Source: Planctomycetota bacterium (GTDB lineage: Bacteria > Planctomycetota > SZUA-567 > H5-PLA8). Taken from it: 64,000 nucleotides of DNA. How positions within the stretch are numbered: the first letter of the stretch is position 1; each line of letters begins with the position of its first letter. This document shows positions 17,095 through 27,237 of the stretch, piece after piece. Location: contig JBBRPR010000038.1 in assembly GCA_038227875.1 (NCBI GenBank), forward strand, positions 1 through 64,000, given 5' to 3'. The notes beneath the pieces were generated by a model. The model saw only the letters and a list, made by a program, of their open reading frames with translations. It ran no database searches and was not told where the DNA came from. The translations under genes and the position numbers were made by a program.

Positions 17095-20000
17095 TTAGTT
17101 CTGCGTCACCACAATCGTCACCGTAATCGTCTGTTGCACTCCCGCGCCCTTGGTCAGCGCGGTCGGCGCGGTCAGGCGCAGGTCGAAGGCTTTGTACTGG
17201 CCCGAGTAGAGCATCGACGTCAGCACCTGCGGCGTCGACAGGTTAAGTCCAAACACGCCGGTGAGCGGGACGCTGTTGTCGGCTTTCATCTGGAATTGAT
17301 CGGTGCTCGGCGCGGCTCCGGCAACCCAGCCGCTCGGCGCGGAGGCGGAACACGAGATCGTACACTGCTGGCGGACCGTGCCTGTGTTGACCAGATTCAG
17401 CGCGACGGGGATGGGCGTGTTCGTCGACGCGGTGACGACGTCGTTGAGATCGATCGAGCCCATATCCCAGATGCGCGGCGTAATCGTCGTGTCGTCCCAC
17501 GAGACGGAGAGCACGCCCGCGCCGCCAGGGAGCAGGTCCACGGCCGCGGCGGTTCCGGCGGCCGAAGTCGGATAGCTGTACGTGAAATTTCCAAACGTAT
17601 CCTTCAGGTGAATACCACTGATGATGTAAACACCCGTCGGCACGCCTGCGGAAGTGGCCAGCGGCGAATAGGTACCGCCGGGCGTTAACTGCGGCAGCCC
17701 GGCGAGCGTGATCGTCACCGTGCTGCTGGCTGTCGCGTTGCCGACGACGACGGAGGTATCAAACGTGTCGCCGGTTACCGGCAGACCAATTTCGCCGATC
17801 AGCGCGCCGGTGGATTTCACCGGAATGCTGAACGTCAGCACCACTGTGTCGCCGGCGTCGACGCCCGGATTCGAACTGCCCAGGCCGTCGATCCACTTTG
17901 CGGAGAGCAGCACCGGGACCTGATGCAGCGTTACCGCATTGCCGAGATAACTGATCGAGAACCCTTGTGTGCCGTCGACGCTCATGACCAATCCGCCTTC
18001 CGGCAGGCCATTGAACGTGCCGACGATCGCCGAGGTGGACGTCATGATCGTGTAGAAATTGTTGGTGACGCCAGTGGTCGGCAAACCCGGACCGATGGAG
18101 ACATTCAGCGTGGCGCCGGTGACATTCAACGTGCCGGTCACGCTCAGCTGATCGTACGTCGAACCCAAAGTGGTGCCGTTGAGCAGCGGCGCATAGAGCG
18201 AGCCGGCATTGAAAACGGTGTTGCCTGCGGCATTCAGAATTCCCGTCGCGGCAGGCGTTCCGGGCATCACCACGCCGCCGCTGCTCACGGTCAGCGCGCT
18301 GACACTGCCGGTGCCGCTGAGCGTCGCGGAGTTACCAACGGTCGTCAGACCCGCTCCGGCGGCGAGCGTGCCGTTTACGAAAGTCGTGCCGGCGCTGAGC
18401 GTCGTGGTGCCGGTGTAGGTTTCCGCGGCGGCGAGCGTCACCGATCCGACGCCGGTGTTCGAGATGCCGCCCGAGTTGCTGATGACGCCATTGAGATTTG
18501 TCGCGCCCGCGGAGGCGACGCTTAGCAGCAGCCCTCCATTGTTGAGCGTCCCGCCCAATGTCAAAGTTCCGCCGGCAAAGGTGGTGATCGTGGGTGCGGC
18601 AGTGCCAAAGGCGATGTTGTTGTTGATGGCGTTCGCGCCCGCCGTGGCGCTGTAATTGATCGCCGCCGCGCCGCCTGTCAGGGTGACGCTGTTACCACTG
18701 AGCGTGTAGCCGGCGTCGGTAAAGTTGATCGCGTTGAAACTGGTTCCCGCGGCGATGTCGTTGGTCGTCGTGGTTTTGCGTGCCGCGCCGGCATTTCCGA
18801 ATGTGAGCGTATCGCCGACGCCCGGTGCGACGCCGCCGACCCAGTTCGCACCGTTCGACCAGTTGTCGTTGGCGCCGGCGCCGTTCCAGATGTAGTTACC
18901 GACCACGCGGGTCAGCACCACGCTGTTGGCATTGTAGGTGATCTGGAAATTCTGCCCGCTGATTGGGAAAATCGCGTTATTGGCCAGGCCCGTGAACAAA
19001 TTCGAGCGCGCACCCGTGCTGGTCATGATCGTGAACGCATCGCCGTTGGCTGCCGTGTACCCGCAGGTCACGCTGAGCGTCGCGTTGGTCAGATTGAGCG
19101 TGCCGGTGACGGCCAGCACGTCGAAATTGCCCGCGCCCGTTCCGTTCAACTGAACCTTAAAGGTGGACGCGCTGCTGAACGAGACCGCGCCGGTGCTCAG
19201 CTTGCCGGGATTGGTGTCGGGATCGCCGGGGCTAAGCGTTCCCCCCGTGCCCGTCACAGTGCCGTTGATCGTGCCGGTGCCACCGAGCGTTGCCGATGCG
19301 GCAACGCTCACCGCACTGCCCGCGGCCAGCGAACCGTCGACCAGCATCGTTCCCGCACTGACGGTCGTCGCGCCTGTGTACGTATTAACGCCAGAAAGTT
19401 TCAGCGTGCCCGTTCCGGTTTTGCTCAGCGCACCCGTGCTGGAGATCACGCCGCTGAGCGTGAGCACATTCGTCGCGGTGTCGATCTGAAACGCGCCCGT
19501 GCCGCCCGCGGCTAAGGTGAACGGCATCGTGCTGCTCGGCGACGTATTTCCGGTCAGTTCCAGCGTTCCCGTTTGTGTGTTGGAACCGAGCGTGACCGAC
19601 GGAACGTGGCCGAGCGGCTGATCGGTGCTGACGTTCGCCACCGTTCCCACCGAGATCGCACCCTGCGCGATGGTCGTGCCGCCCGTGAAGGTGTTGGTGC
19701 CGGACAAGGTCAGCGTGCCGGTGCCGGACTTGGTGAGGAATCCGGTACCCGAGATCACGCCCGCATAGGCGGCCGGGCTGGTGTTGTCGGAACCGACCGT
19801 CAGCGTCGCCGCGCCGAGTGTCACGTTGCCGCCGGTAGCTCCGCCGCCGGTGAGCGAACCGATGGTATTGTTGAAGCCAGTGGTGTCGAGAACCACGCCG
19901 GCCGTGTTGGCCAGCGTCACGGCGGACGTCACACCAAACGCCTGCGTCGCGATACCGGCCTTCAGCGTTCCGCCGTTCACGGTCATCGCGCCGGTGTAGG

Positions 20001-23000
20001 CATTCGCGCCGGAGACGGTCAGCGTTCCCGTTCCGGTTTTGGCAATGCCGCCGGTTCCGGAGATCACACCCGCGTACGCGGTGCTCGTGTTGTTCCCGCC
20101 CGCCGTCAAGGTCGCCGCGCCCAGGGTCACATTGCCGCCCAGCGCTCCGCCGCCGGCGAGCGAACCGATGGTGTTGCTGAAGCCGGTGATGTCGAGCGTC
20201 ACGCCCGCAACGTTGGCCAGCGTGACGGCCGAATTGACGCCGAACGCCTGCGTCGCGACGCCGGCTTTCAGCGTTCCCACATTAACTGTAGTCGCGCCGG
20301 AATAGGTGTTGGTTCCAGACAACGTGATCGTGCCCGAACCATTTTGCGTCAACGTTCCTGTTCCGCTGATCGTGTTGCTCACGCCCAGTGCCGCGGTCCG
20401 ATTGAAAATCAGTGCGCCACTGTCGGTGACCGCACCGGTACCGAGCGTCCCGGTCGCTCCGCCGTTGCCGATCTGCAGCGTGCCCGCGTTGATCGAAGTG
20501 GTTCCCGTGTAGGTATTGGTTCCGGTGAAAATCCACGTGCCCGCGTTGCTCTTCGCAACAGACGTTGCGCCACCATTGTCGCCCACCACCGCGGCGAGAA
20601 TATTGCTTCCGGCGTTCGTACCCGTCAGCGTCAGCGTGCGCGTTCCCGCGGCGGCGTTGAAGCCCATCGCGCCGGCATTGTTGAAATTCAGTGCGCCCGC
20701 GCCGGAGGAATCGATCGTGCCGCTATTGATTCCCACACTGAAAAGTCGATCGGTGGTGACACCCGCGCCGGTGTACTGCAGCGTGCCGCCGTCGAGGATC
20801 AGATTCGTCGCGACGTTCGTGGAGGCGCCGATGTTGCTGTTGGCGCCGCCGTTGGCCAGTGACGCGACGCTCAGCGTTCCGGCGGTCACGGCGGTCAGTC
20901 CCGTGTATGTGTTCGTTCCCGAAAGCGTTAGCACGCCACTTCCGGCCTGCGCGACGCTGCCCGTGCCGCTGACCACGTTCGAGACGGCGATGTTGTCGGT
21001 GCGATTAAAGACCAGCGCGCCATTGTCGGTCACACCCGCGGTGCCCAGTGACCCAGTCACGCCGGCGTTACCGATCTGCAAGGTTCCGGCGCTGATGGTG
21101 GTCAGGCCGCTATACGTATTCGCGCCGGTCAGAATCGTCGTGCCGGTTCCCGCTTGAGTCAGGGTGCCCGTTCCACTGATGGCGCTGCTGACGGTGAGTG
21201 CATTTGTACGGTTGAAGGTCAGAATCGCGTTGTCCGTGACCGCTCCAGTGCCGAGCGTACCGGTGAGACCCGCGTTGCCGATCTGCAGCGAGCCTGCGCT
21301 GATCGTCGTGGTTCCGGAGTAGCTGTTGGCACCGGCCAGGATCACCGTCCCCGCGCCGCTGCTGGTAAGTCCGCCGGTGTTGCTGAGCGCGCCGTTGATG
21401 GTCGTCGCGCCGGCTGAAGCCAGCGTCACCAGCAGGCCGCCGTTGTCGATGGCGCCATTGAGCGTCAGTGTGCCGCCGGCGATCGTCGTCACGGTCGGCG
21501 CGGCAGTGGCGAACGTAATCGCATTGTTGATCGTGTTCGCTCCGGCCGTCGCGCTGTAATTCAACGCCGTGGCTCCGCCGGCCAGCGTCACGCCATTGCC
21601 GTTCAGGATGTAACCGGCGCTCTGGAACTGGATGAAATTGAAACTCGTTCCCGCCGCAATGTTGTTGGTGTTGGTGGTCTTGCGCGCTGCGCCGGCGGCT
21701 CCGAAAAGCAGACTGTCGCCGACGCCCGGCGCCACGCCGCCGACCCAGTTAAACCCCGTCGACCAATTATTGTTGCTGCCACCGCCGTTCCAGATGTAAG
21801 TACCGACCACGCGCGTCAGCACCACGCTGTTGGCGTTGTAGGTAATTTTGAAATTCTGGCCGCTGATCGGAAAGATCGTGTTGTTCGGCAAGCCGGCAAA
21901 CGTGCCGCTCACCGCACCCGTGCTGGAAATGATGGTGAACGCCGTCCCGTTGACTGGAAAATAGCCGACGCCGATGGTGGAATTCAGCGTGCTGCCGCCC
22001 AAGTTGATCGCGCCGGTGACGCTGAGCTGATCGTAATTCGTTCCAACAACCGGTCCGTTGATTTGAATATTCAAGTCCGCGGCGGCGTTGAGCGTAACGG
22101 CGCCGGTGGTCAGGATGCCGGGGTTGCTGTCGGGATCGCCGGGACTGATCGCGCCTCCGAGCGCCGACGACGTCACCGTTCCGAAAACGGTGCCGGTGCC
22201 GCCCAGCGTGCCGCCGGTCAGCGAGACGGCGCTGCCCGCCGCGATCGAACCATCAACCAGCAGGTAGCCGTTGTTGATCGTGGTGACGCCGGTGTAGGTG
22301 TTGACGGCCACGAGTTTCAGCGTGCCGGTACCGGACTTGGTCAACGCGGGCGTGTTGGTGTTGACGATGGGATTGTTGATCGTGAGCGTACCGGTGCCGG
22401 CCGTGACCACGATCAATTCCGAAGTCGCGGAGGTCACTGTCAGCGCAATCGCGCCGCCGCCGATGGTCGCCGCAGCTCCGTTGCGCGCGATTAAGCCGCC
22501 CGCGCCGACACTGACGGTGGTCGCGGCTCCGGCCGTCTGCGTCAAGCTGCCACCGGGGTTGAAGGCAATCGAGAATGGCACGTTGGCGGGCGCGCTGTTG
22601 ACCGTCACCGCGTTCTGAACAATCGCCACTGAACCGGCGGTCGGCGGACCGGCCGGCGTCCACGTGGATGGCGTATTCCAATCGGTGTTCGCTTGCGAGG
22701 TATAAACCGGAGCGGCGAAAGTCAGTCCGTTAACGATACCGTCGGCCGCGTTGGTCGTGTCGTATGTGGAAGAACTGGTCACACCGGCAATCGTCACCGT
22801 CGCGTACGTGACAGCTCCGGCAGCCTGTGCGGCGGAGGTCAAGTGCGCCAGCCCCGTTCCGCCGCCGGTGTTGCGAACGTAATTCAACGTCGCTCCGGAC
22901 GTGCGCGAGAAGGCGAGCGTCGAAGCCAGGCGCGTCCGGCCGGTGCCGTTGGGCGTCAGCGAGATGCTGTTGTCGCCGCTGCTGAAGACGAGTTGCGATA

Positions 23001-26000
23001 CCGTTTCCGTACGATCCGTGTTGGCCGGTGCTTCGATGCTGAAATTTCCGCCGTTGAACGTGACGACGGCAGCATCGGGAATGCGATTGGGATTCGCCAC
23101 GCCGCTGGCATCGATATCCAGCGTGCCTCCGGTGTTTAGCGTAACACCGCTGGTGGCCAGTGTCCCGGTGTCGCCTTTCAGTTGCAGCGTGCCGCCGTTG
23201 ACCGTCGTCGCGCCCGTGTACGTTTCGGCAGTGGTGAAAACCAGCGTGCCCAGCGCAGACGTGGAACCGGCCGTGATCGCAAAAGCTCCGCTAATCGTAT
23301 TGGAGAAGGTCACCGTACTTCCGGTCGCCGCCGTAAAAAACGTATTCGAACCCATCGTCACCGTGCCATTAAACGTGCCGGTCGTGCCGGAGAGCGAACC
23401 GATCGTGTTCGTGGACGCGCCGTTACCTGTGGTCGTGATGTTCTGCGGAATCGTGACGTTGCCGTCGATCAGCAGCGCCGCGTTGGCGACCGCGCGGTTG
23501 AACGTCGCGCCGTTGACACCGATTGATGCCGGAGCGCCCAGCGCATTGTTGTTGGCCAGCGCCAGCGTGCCGCACCACACCGCAATGGCCCCGGTGAACG
23601 TATTGTTGCCGCTCAATTCCACCGTGCCGGTAAACGAGCCGGCGGCGTCGCTGTAGCCGACATTCAAATTCGGTCCGCTGACCACGCCGCTGTTGATCCA
23701 CACCGTACCGGGGTTGGCCAGGAAGAACGAGCTGTTGATGCTGATAGCGCGGTTACCCGTAAACGTCGTCGCGCCCACGGCCGCGATGGCGTTGTTGTTG
23801 GTCATGATCAGCGTATTGACCGGGTCGCCGAAACTGGCGTCGCTGTTGAACTCCAGATTCGTCGCGTTGGCCATGGAAAGATTAGCGATGTACGTGTTGG
23901 CTCCGGCCAGCGAGAGCCATGCATCGGAATTTCCAATCAGGTTCAAAGTCTGCCCGACTCCGCCGCCGCTGATCACACCGGTGATCACGATGGGTGTGGC
24001 GGACGTGGTGTTGTTGGGAATGTTGATCGAGATGCCCGTCACGCCGGCGCCCAGCGTCATCGGATTGTTTACATTCGTCACGGCCGTAAGCGTAAATGTC
24101 GTCCCGTCATTGAGTGTAATGGTCGTGGCGGGATCGCCGAGTTGGTTGGCGTTGCTGATCTGCAGAGTGCCTGCCGCAACGGTCAGGAATTCTCCCGCGC
24201 CGCCGAAGGTGTTGACGCCGGTCGGAAGCAGCGTTCCGGTGTTGGTCTTCGTCAGCGAATTGGCGCCCGAGATCACGCCGGAAAGCGTCAGCGTCGTGGC
24301 CGCCGCGACGTTCAGTGTGCCGTCGCCCGCAGCCATGATGTAACCGCGGGCGGAGGTGAATGTCGCAGTCGTCGCCAGCGTACCGCCGCCGAGCGTCACG
24401 GTGTTGGCGGCGTTGCCCAGATTGTTGTCGGCTGCAATCGAGAATGTACCGCCGCTGAGAGTCACGGCGCCGGTAAACGTGCTGGCCACGGGACTGGTCA
24501 GTATTCCGGCTCCAGTTTTCGTCAGCCCCGCCGCGCCGCTGATGATGCCGTTGAGCGCCGTGGCGCCGTCGCTGTTGACCGTCACCAGCAGGCCGCCGTT
24601 GTTGATGGTTCCGCCGATCGTCAGCGTGCCGCCGGCCAGGCAGGTGATCGTCGGCGCGCTGGTGGCGAAGATCAGCGGGATGCTGATGGAGTTGGCACCC
24701 GCAAAATTATTGTTCACCGCCGCCGCGCCGCCGTTGAGCGTCACGCTGTTGCCACTGAGCGTGTAACCGGAATCGGTGAATTGAATCGAGCCGAACGTCG
24801 TCGCCGCAGCGAAATTGTTCGTGTTGGTGGTCTTTCGTGCCGCACCCGCGGCTCCGAAAATCAGATTGTCGCCGACCCCTGGCGCAACGCCGCCGACCCA
24901 GTTGCCTCCGGTCGTCCAGTTGTTGTCCGCGCCTGCGCCGTTCCAGGTGAAATTTCCGACGAAGCGCGTGATCACCACACTGTTGGCGTTGTACGTGATC
25001 TGAAAATTCAATCCACCGATCGCAAAGATGGCGTTGTTGGCCAGCCCGGTGAATGTGTTGGAGATCGCGCCAGTACTGGTAAGAATCGTATACGTATCGC
25101 CGTTAAGCGGCACATAGCCCAGCGTGGCGTTGAGCGTACAATTGGTGAGATTGACCGCGCCGGTGACTGCAATCTGGTCGTACCCGGTACCGACCGTTGT
25201 CGAATTCAATTGCACTTTCAACGATGACGCGGCGGAAAATGAGAGCGCACCGGTCGCCAGAGTTTCGGGATTCGTGTCCGGATCGCCGGCGCTCAGCGTG
25301 CCGCCCGCAACAGTGACGCTGCCGCCGACCGCTCCCGTGCCGCCGAGCGTCGCGCCAGCGCTTACGGTTACCGCGCTGCCGGCGGCAAGAGAACCGTCGA
25401 CGAGCAGAATTCCCGTACTCACCGACGTTGCACCCGTATACGTGTTGACGGCCGTCAGTGTCAGCGTGCTGGAACCCGCCTGCGTCAGCGTGCCCGTGCC
25501 ACCGATGACATTGCTGACGGAATACGCATTGGTCCGGTTGAAAACCAGCGCCGCGTTGTTGGTGACACCGGCGGTGCCGAGCGTACCTGTCGCGCCCGCG
25601 TTTCCGATCTGCAACGTGCCCGCGCTGATCGTCGTTGTTCCGGAATACGTGTTGGCACCGGTGAGAATCGACGTACCTGTGCCCGCCTGCGTCAGCGTGC
25701 CCGTCCCGCTGATCACATTGGCCACGGTCATGCTGTTGGTGCGGTTGAAGGTCAGCGCCGCGTTGTCGGTCACCGCGCCCGTGCCCAGCGTTCCGGTCGC
25801 GCCTGCATTGCCGATCTGCAGTGTGCCGGCGCTGATCGTGGTGGTTGCCGTATACGTGTTCGCACCCGACAGGATCACGGTCCCCGCGGAGGATTTGGTA
25901 AATGCCCCCGCGCCCGCGAGAATTGCCGAAACGGTTCCGGCCTGCATGTCGAACGCCGTCGCACTCGTCACCGTGCCGTTTTGCAACGTACCGTTGTTGA

Positions 26001-26907
26001 CCACCGATACCGTCGGAATCGTCAGAGACTGGGCGCTCAGGTCGACCGTAGCGGTATCAACTTTTAGTGTCCCAGACACAGTTGTTGCGGCGGCGATGGT
26101 TTTCGTACCGCCCACACTGCCGGTGAGATTGACGTACGCTTTCGCGAGCACCGCCTGATTCGCATTCGCGTCGTAGACGACCGTGGCGCCGGTGCCGTTC
26201 AGCGTAACCGTATTCACACCCGTGCCGGATAGCGTCCACGGCGTCGCGTTGCCGAGGTTCAGCGTCGCGCTGCCATTGGTCATGGTAAAGCTTGACGTGT
26301 TGGCTGCGTTGGCGTTGACGGTCGTGAGTGTGCCGTTGACATCCACCAGCCCGCTGCCAAACGTGAAGGCAGCATTGTGAATGCGGGCGTTGCTGGTACC
26401 GATGAAACTGTTGAGCGTCAGAGTGCCAGTCACTACAAACGACGCGATCGACGAGGTCATCGTCATCGCGTAGGTACCGTTAACCGTGGAAGCCACCGCC
26501 GTACCCACGACCACCGTCGCGCACTGCAACGAGCCCGCGCCGGCGATAGTACACGCTGTGGCGCTGTTCAGCAGGCCTTTCAACGTAACGGAAGTGGTGA
26601 CCGTCAGGGTAAAGCCGGCGTTCACCGTGACCGTTCCCGAAGTGCTGCCGAACGCCAGGGAATTGCAGGTCCGGTTGCCATCGACAGTCAGAGTGAAGCC
26701 CGTGCCGACAACGATGTCATCGGTCGCCGCCGGAATAACGCCACCCGGCCACGGCGCGTTGTTCACCACGGAACTCCAGGCGCCCGATCCCGTCGTGGTG
26801 ATTGTCGCCGCCTGCGCGCTGGCGCCAAGGAACAGTACCACCAACGCCGCAGCAAAAATCCCTGCGCGCATCCGTGACTGCACCTCTGGCCATCCAACCA
26901 TCCTCAT
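17095..26907 (-). CDS. Giant secreted adhesin with autotransporter-associated beta-strand (PATR) repeats and a C-terminal pilin-like domain
   Basis: Signal peptide; many LTKxGxGTLxLxGxNTYTGxTxxxxGTL repeats; three internally repeated WNGxG...NWVGGVAPGVGD modules; no C-terminal beta-barrel; last ~140 aa align with the C-terminal domain of the four paralogs at 29487-33229. Confidence 0.9.
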   Translation of the reverse strand: MRMVGWPEVQSRMRAGIFAAALVVLFLGASAQAATITTTGSGAWSSVVNNAPWPGGVIPAATDDIVVGTGFTLTVDGNRTCNSLAFGSTSGTVTVNAGFTLTVTTSVTLKGLLNSATACTIAGAGSLQCATVVVGTAVASTVNGTYAMTMTSSIASFVVTGTLTLNSFIGTSNARIHNAAFTFGSGLVDVNGTLTTVNANAANTSSFTMTNGSATLNLGNATPWTLSGTGVNTVTLNGTGATVVYDANANQAVLAKAYVNLTGSVGGTKTIAAATTVSGTLKVDTATVDLSAQSLTIPTVSVVNNGTLQNGTVTSATAFDMQAGTVSAILAGAGAFTKSSAGTVILSGANTYTATTTISAGTLQIGNAGATGTLGTGAVTDNAALTFNRTNSMTVANVISGTGTLTQAGTGTSILTGANTYSGTTTISAGTLQIGNAGATGTLGTAGVTNNAALVFNRTNAYSVSNVIGGTGTLTQAGSSTLTLTAVNTYTGATSVSTGILLVDGSLAAGSAVTVSAGATLGGTGAVGGSVTVAGGTLSAGDPDTNPETLATGALSFSAASSLKVQLNSTTVGTGYDQIAVTGAVNLTNCTLNATLGYVPLNGDTYTILTSTGAISNTFTGLANNAIFAIGGLNFQITYNANSVVITRFVGNFTWNGAGADNNWTTGGNWVGGVAPGVGDNLIFGAAGAARKTTNTNNFAAATTFGSIQFTDSGYTLSGNSVTLNGGAAAVNNNFAGANSISIPLIFATSAPTITCLAGGTLTIGGTINNGGLLVTVNSDGATALNGIISGAAGLTKTGAGILTSPVASTFTGAVTLSGGTFSIAADNNLGNAANTVTLGGGTLATTATFTSARGYIMAAGDGTLNVAAATTLTLSGVISGANSLTKTNTGTLLPTGVNTFGGAGEFLTVAAGTLQISNANQLGDPATTITLNDGTTFTLTAVTNVNNPMTLGAGVTGISINIPNNTTSATPIVITGVISGGGVGQTLNLIGNSDAWLSLAGANTYIANLSMANATNLEFNSDASFGDPVNTLIMTNNNAIAAVGATTFTGNRAISINSSFFLANPGTVWINSGVVSGPNLNVGYSDAAGSFTGTVELSGNNTFTGAIAVWCGTLALANNNALGAPASIGVNGATFNRAVANAALLIDGNVTIPQNITTTGNGASTNTIGSLSGTTGTFNGTVTMGSNTFFTAATGSTVTFSNTISGAFAITAGSTSALGTLVFTTAETYTGATTVNGGTLQLKGDTGTLATSGVTLNTGGTLDIDASGVANPNRIPDAAVVTFNGGNFSIEAPANTDRTETVSQLVFSSGDNSISLTPNGTGRTRLASTLAFSRTSGATLNYVRNTGGGTGLAHLTSAAQAAGAVTYATVTIAGVTSSSTYDTTNAADGIVNGLTFAAPVYTSQANTDWNTPSTWTPAGPPTAGSVAIVQNAVTVNSAPANVPFSIAFNPGGSLTQTAGAATTVSVGAGGLIARNGAAATIGGGAIALTVTSATSELIVVTAGTGTLTINNPIVNTNTPALTKSGTGTLKLVAVNTYTGVTTINNGYLLVDGSIAAGSAVSLTGGTLGGTGTVFGTVTSSALGGAISPGDPDSNPGILTTGAVTLNAAADLNIQINGPVVGTNYDQLSVTGAINLGGSTLNSTIGVGYFPVNGTAFTIISSTGAVSGTFAGLPNNTIFPISGQNFKITYNANSVVLTRVVGTYIWNGGGSNNNWSTGFNWVGGVAPGVGDSLLFGAAGAARKTTNTNNIAAGTSFNFIQFQSAGYILNGNGVTLAGGATALNYSATAGANTINNAITFATAAPTVTTIAGGTLTLNGAIDNGGLLVTLASAGATTINGALSNTGGLTSSGAGTVILAGANSYSGTTTISAGSLQIGNAGLTGTLGTGAVTDNAILTFNRTNALTVSSAISGTGTLTQAGTGTTILTGANTYSGLTTISAGTLQIGNAGVTGSLGTAGVTDNGALVFNRTDNIAVSNVVSGTGSVAQAGSGVLTLSGTNTYTGLTAVTAGTLSVASLANGGANSNIGASTNVATNLILDGGTLQYTGAGVTTDRLFSVGINSGTIDSSGAGALNFNNAGAMGFNAAAGTRTLTLTGTNAGSNILAAVVGDNGGATSVAKSNAGTWIFTGTNTYTGTTSINAGTLQIGNGGATGTLGTGAVTDSGALIFNRTAALGVSNTISGTGTLTQNGSGTITLSGTNTYSGATTVNVGTLKAGVATQAFGVNSAVTLANVAGVTLDITGFSNTIGSLAGGGALGGNVTLGAATLTAGGNNTSTAYAGVISGTGGIAKTGTGTLTVSGANAYTGAMTVNGGTLKAGIATQAFGVTSAVTLANTAGVVLDTTGFNNTIGSLTGGGATGGNVTLGAATLTVGSDNTSPAAYAGVISGTGFLTKSGTGTLTLSGTNTFTGGTTIAQGAISVGTVANVSTDQPLGHVPSVTLGSNTQTGTLELTGNTSPSSTMPFTLAAGGTGAFQIDTATNVLTLSGVISSTGALSKTGTGTLKLSGVNTYTGATTVSAGTMLVDGSLAAGSAVSVAASATLGGTGTINGTVTGTGGTLSPGDPDTNPGKLSTGAVSFSSASTFKVQLNGTGAGNFDVLAVTGTLNLTNATLSVTCGYTAANGDAFTIMTSTGARSNLFTGLANNAIFPISGQNFQITYNANSVVLTRVVGNYIWNGAGANDNWSNGANWVGGVAPGVGDTLTFGNAGAARKTTTTNDIAAGTSFNAINFTDAGYTLSGNSVTLTGGAAAINYSATAGANAINNNIAFGTAAPTITTFAGGTLTLGGTLNNGGLLLSVASAGATNLNGVISNSGGISNTGVGSVTLAAAETYTGTTTLSAGTTFVNGTLAAGAGLTTVGNSATLSGTGSVSALTVSSGGVVMPGTPAATGILNAAGNTVFNAGSLYAPLLNGTTLGSTYDQLSVTGTLNVTGATLNVSIGPGLPTTGVTNNFYTIMTSTSAIVGTFNGLPEGGLVMSVDGTQGFSISYLGNAVTLHQVPVLLSAKWIDGLGSSNPGVDAGDTVVLTFSIPVKSTGALIGEIGLPVTGDTFDTSVVVGNATASSTVTITLAGLPQLTPGGTYSPLATSAGVPTGVYIISGIHLKDTFGNFTYSYPTSAAGTAAAVDLLPGGAGVLSVSWDDTTITPRIWDMGSIDLNDVVTASTNTPIPVALNLVNTGTVRQQCTISCSASAPSGWVAGAAPSTDQFQMKADNSVPLTGVFGLNLSTPQVLTSMLYSGQYKAFDLRLTAPTALTKGAGVQQTITVTIVVTQN

Positions 26908-26917
26908 CCGAATTCCG

Positions 26918-27226
26918 CTACTCCGCCTTTTCCGCCGCCGAAACCTTGATGTTCGCGTCGTCGATCTTCGAGCCCGTCAGTTTTACTTTCAGTCCCTTGG
27001 CCGCCCAGTCCTTCAGGTCTTTAGCCGTGTCGCTGTCGGCCCACACATTCACGACCACGTCTTTCGCGCCTTCCTTGAACGTCAGCGTTGCTACGACTCC
27101 TTCTTTTGCGCCCGCCGGGGCCGCCGCCAGCGTGCCCGTCCAGACCTGATTGATCGCACTGGCCGGCGCCGACAGCAGCAGTAAAAACACCAGCGCCAGC
27201 GGCACCGCCTGATTCATTCGTCGCAT
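26918..27226 (-). CDS. Small secreted beta-rich protein, unknown function
   Basis: Signal peptide ending APASA; tightly packed in the operon (10-11 nt gaps); AAGGA RBS. Confidence 0.8.
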   Translation of the reverse strand: MRRMNQAVPLALVFLLLLSAPASAINQVWTGTLAAAPAGAKEGVVATLTFKEGAKDVVVNVWADSDTAKDLKDWAAKGLKVKLTGSKIDDANIKVSAAEKAE

Positions 27227-27237
27227 CGCGTCATCCT

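Noticed and set aside
17095..26907. Classical type Va autotransporter
   Set aside because: No ~300-aa C-terminal beta-barrel and no terminal aromatic residue; the protein ends ...VTQN.
17923..27184. Many long plus-strand ORFs opposite the giant adhesin
   Set aside because: Shadow frames caused by GC-rich repetitive codon usage; no RBS or motif support.
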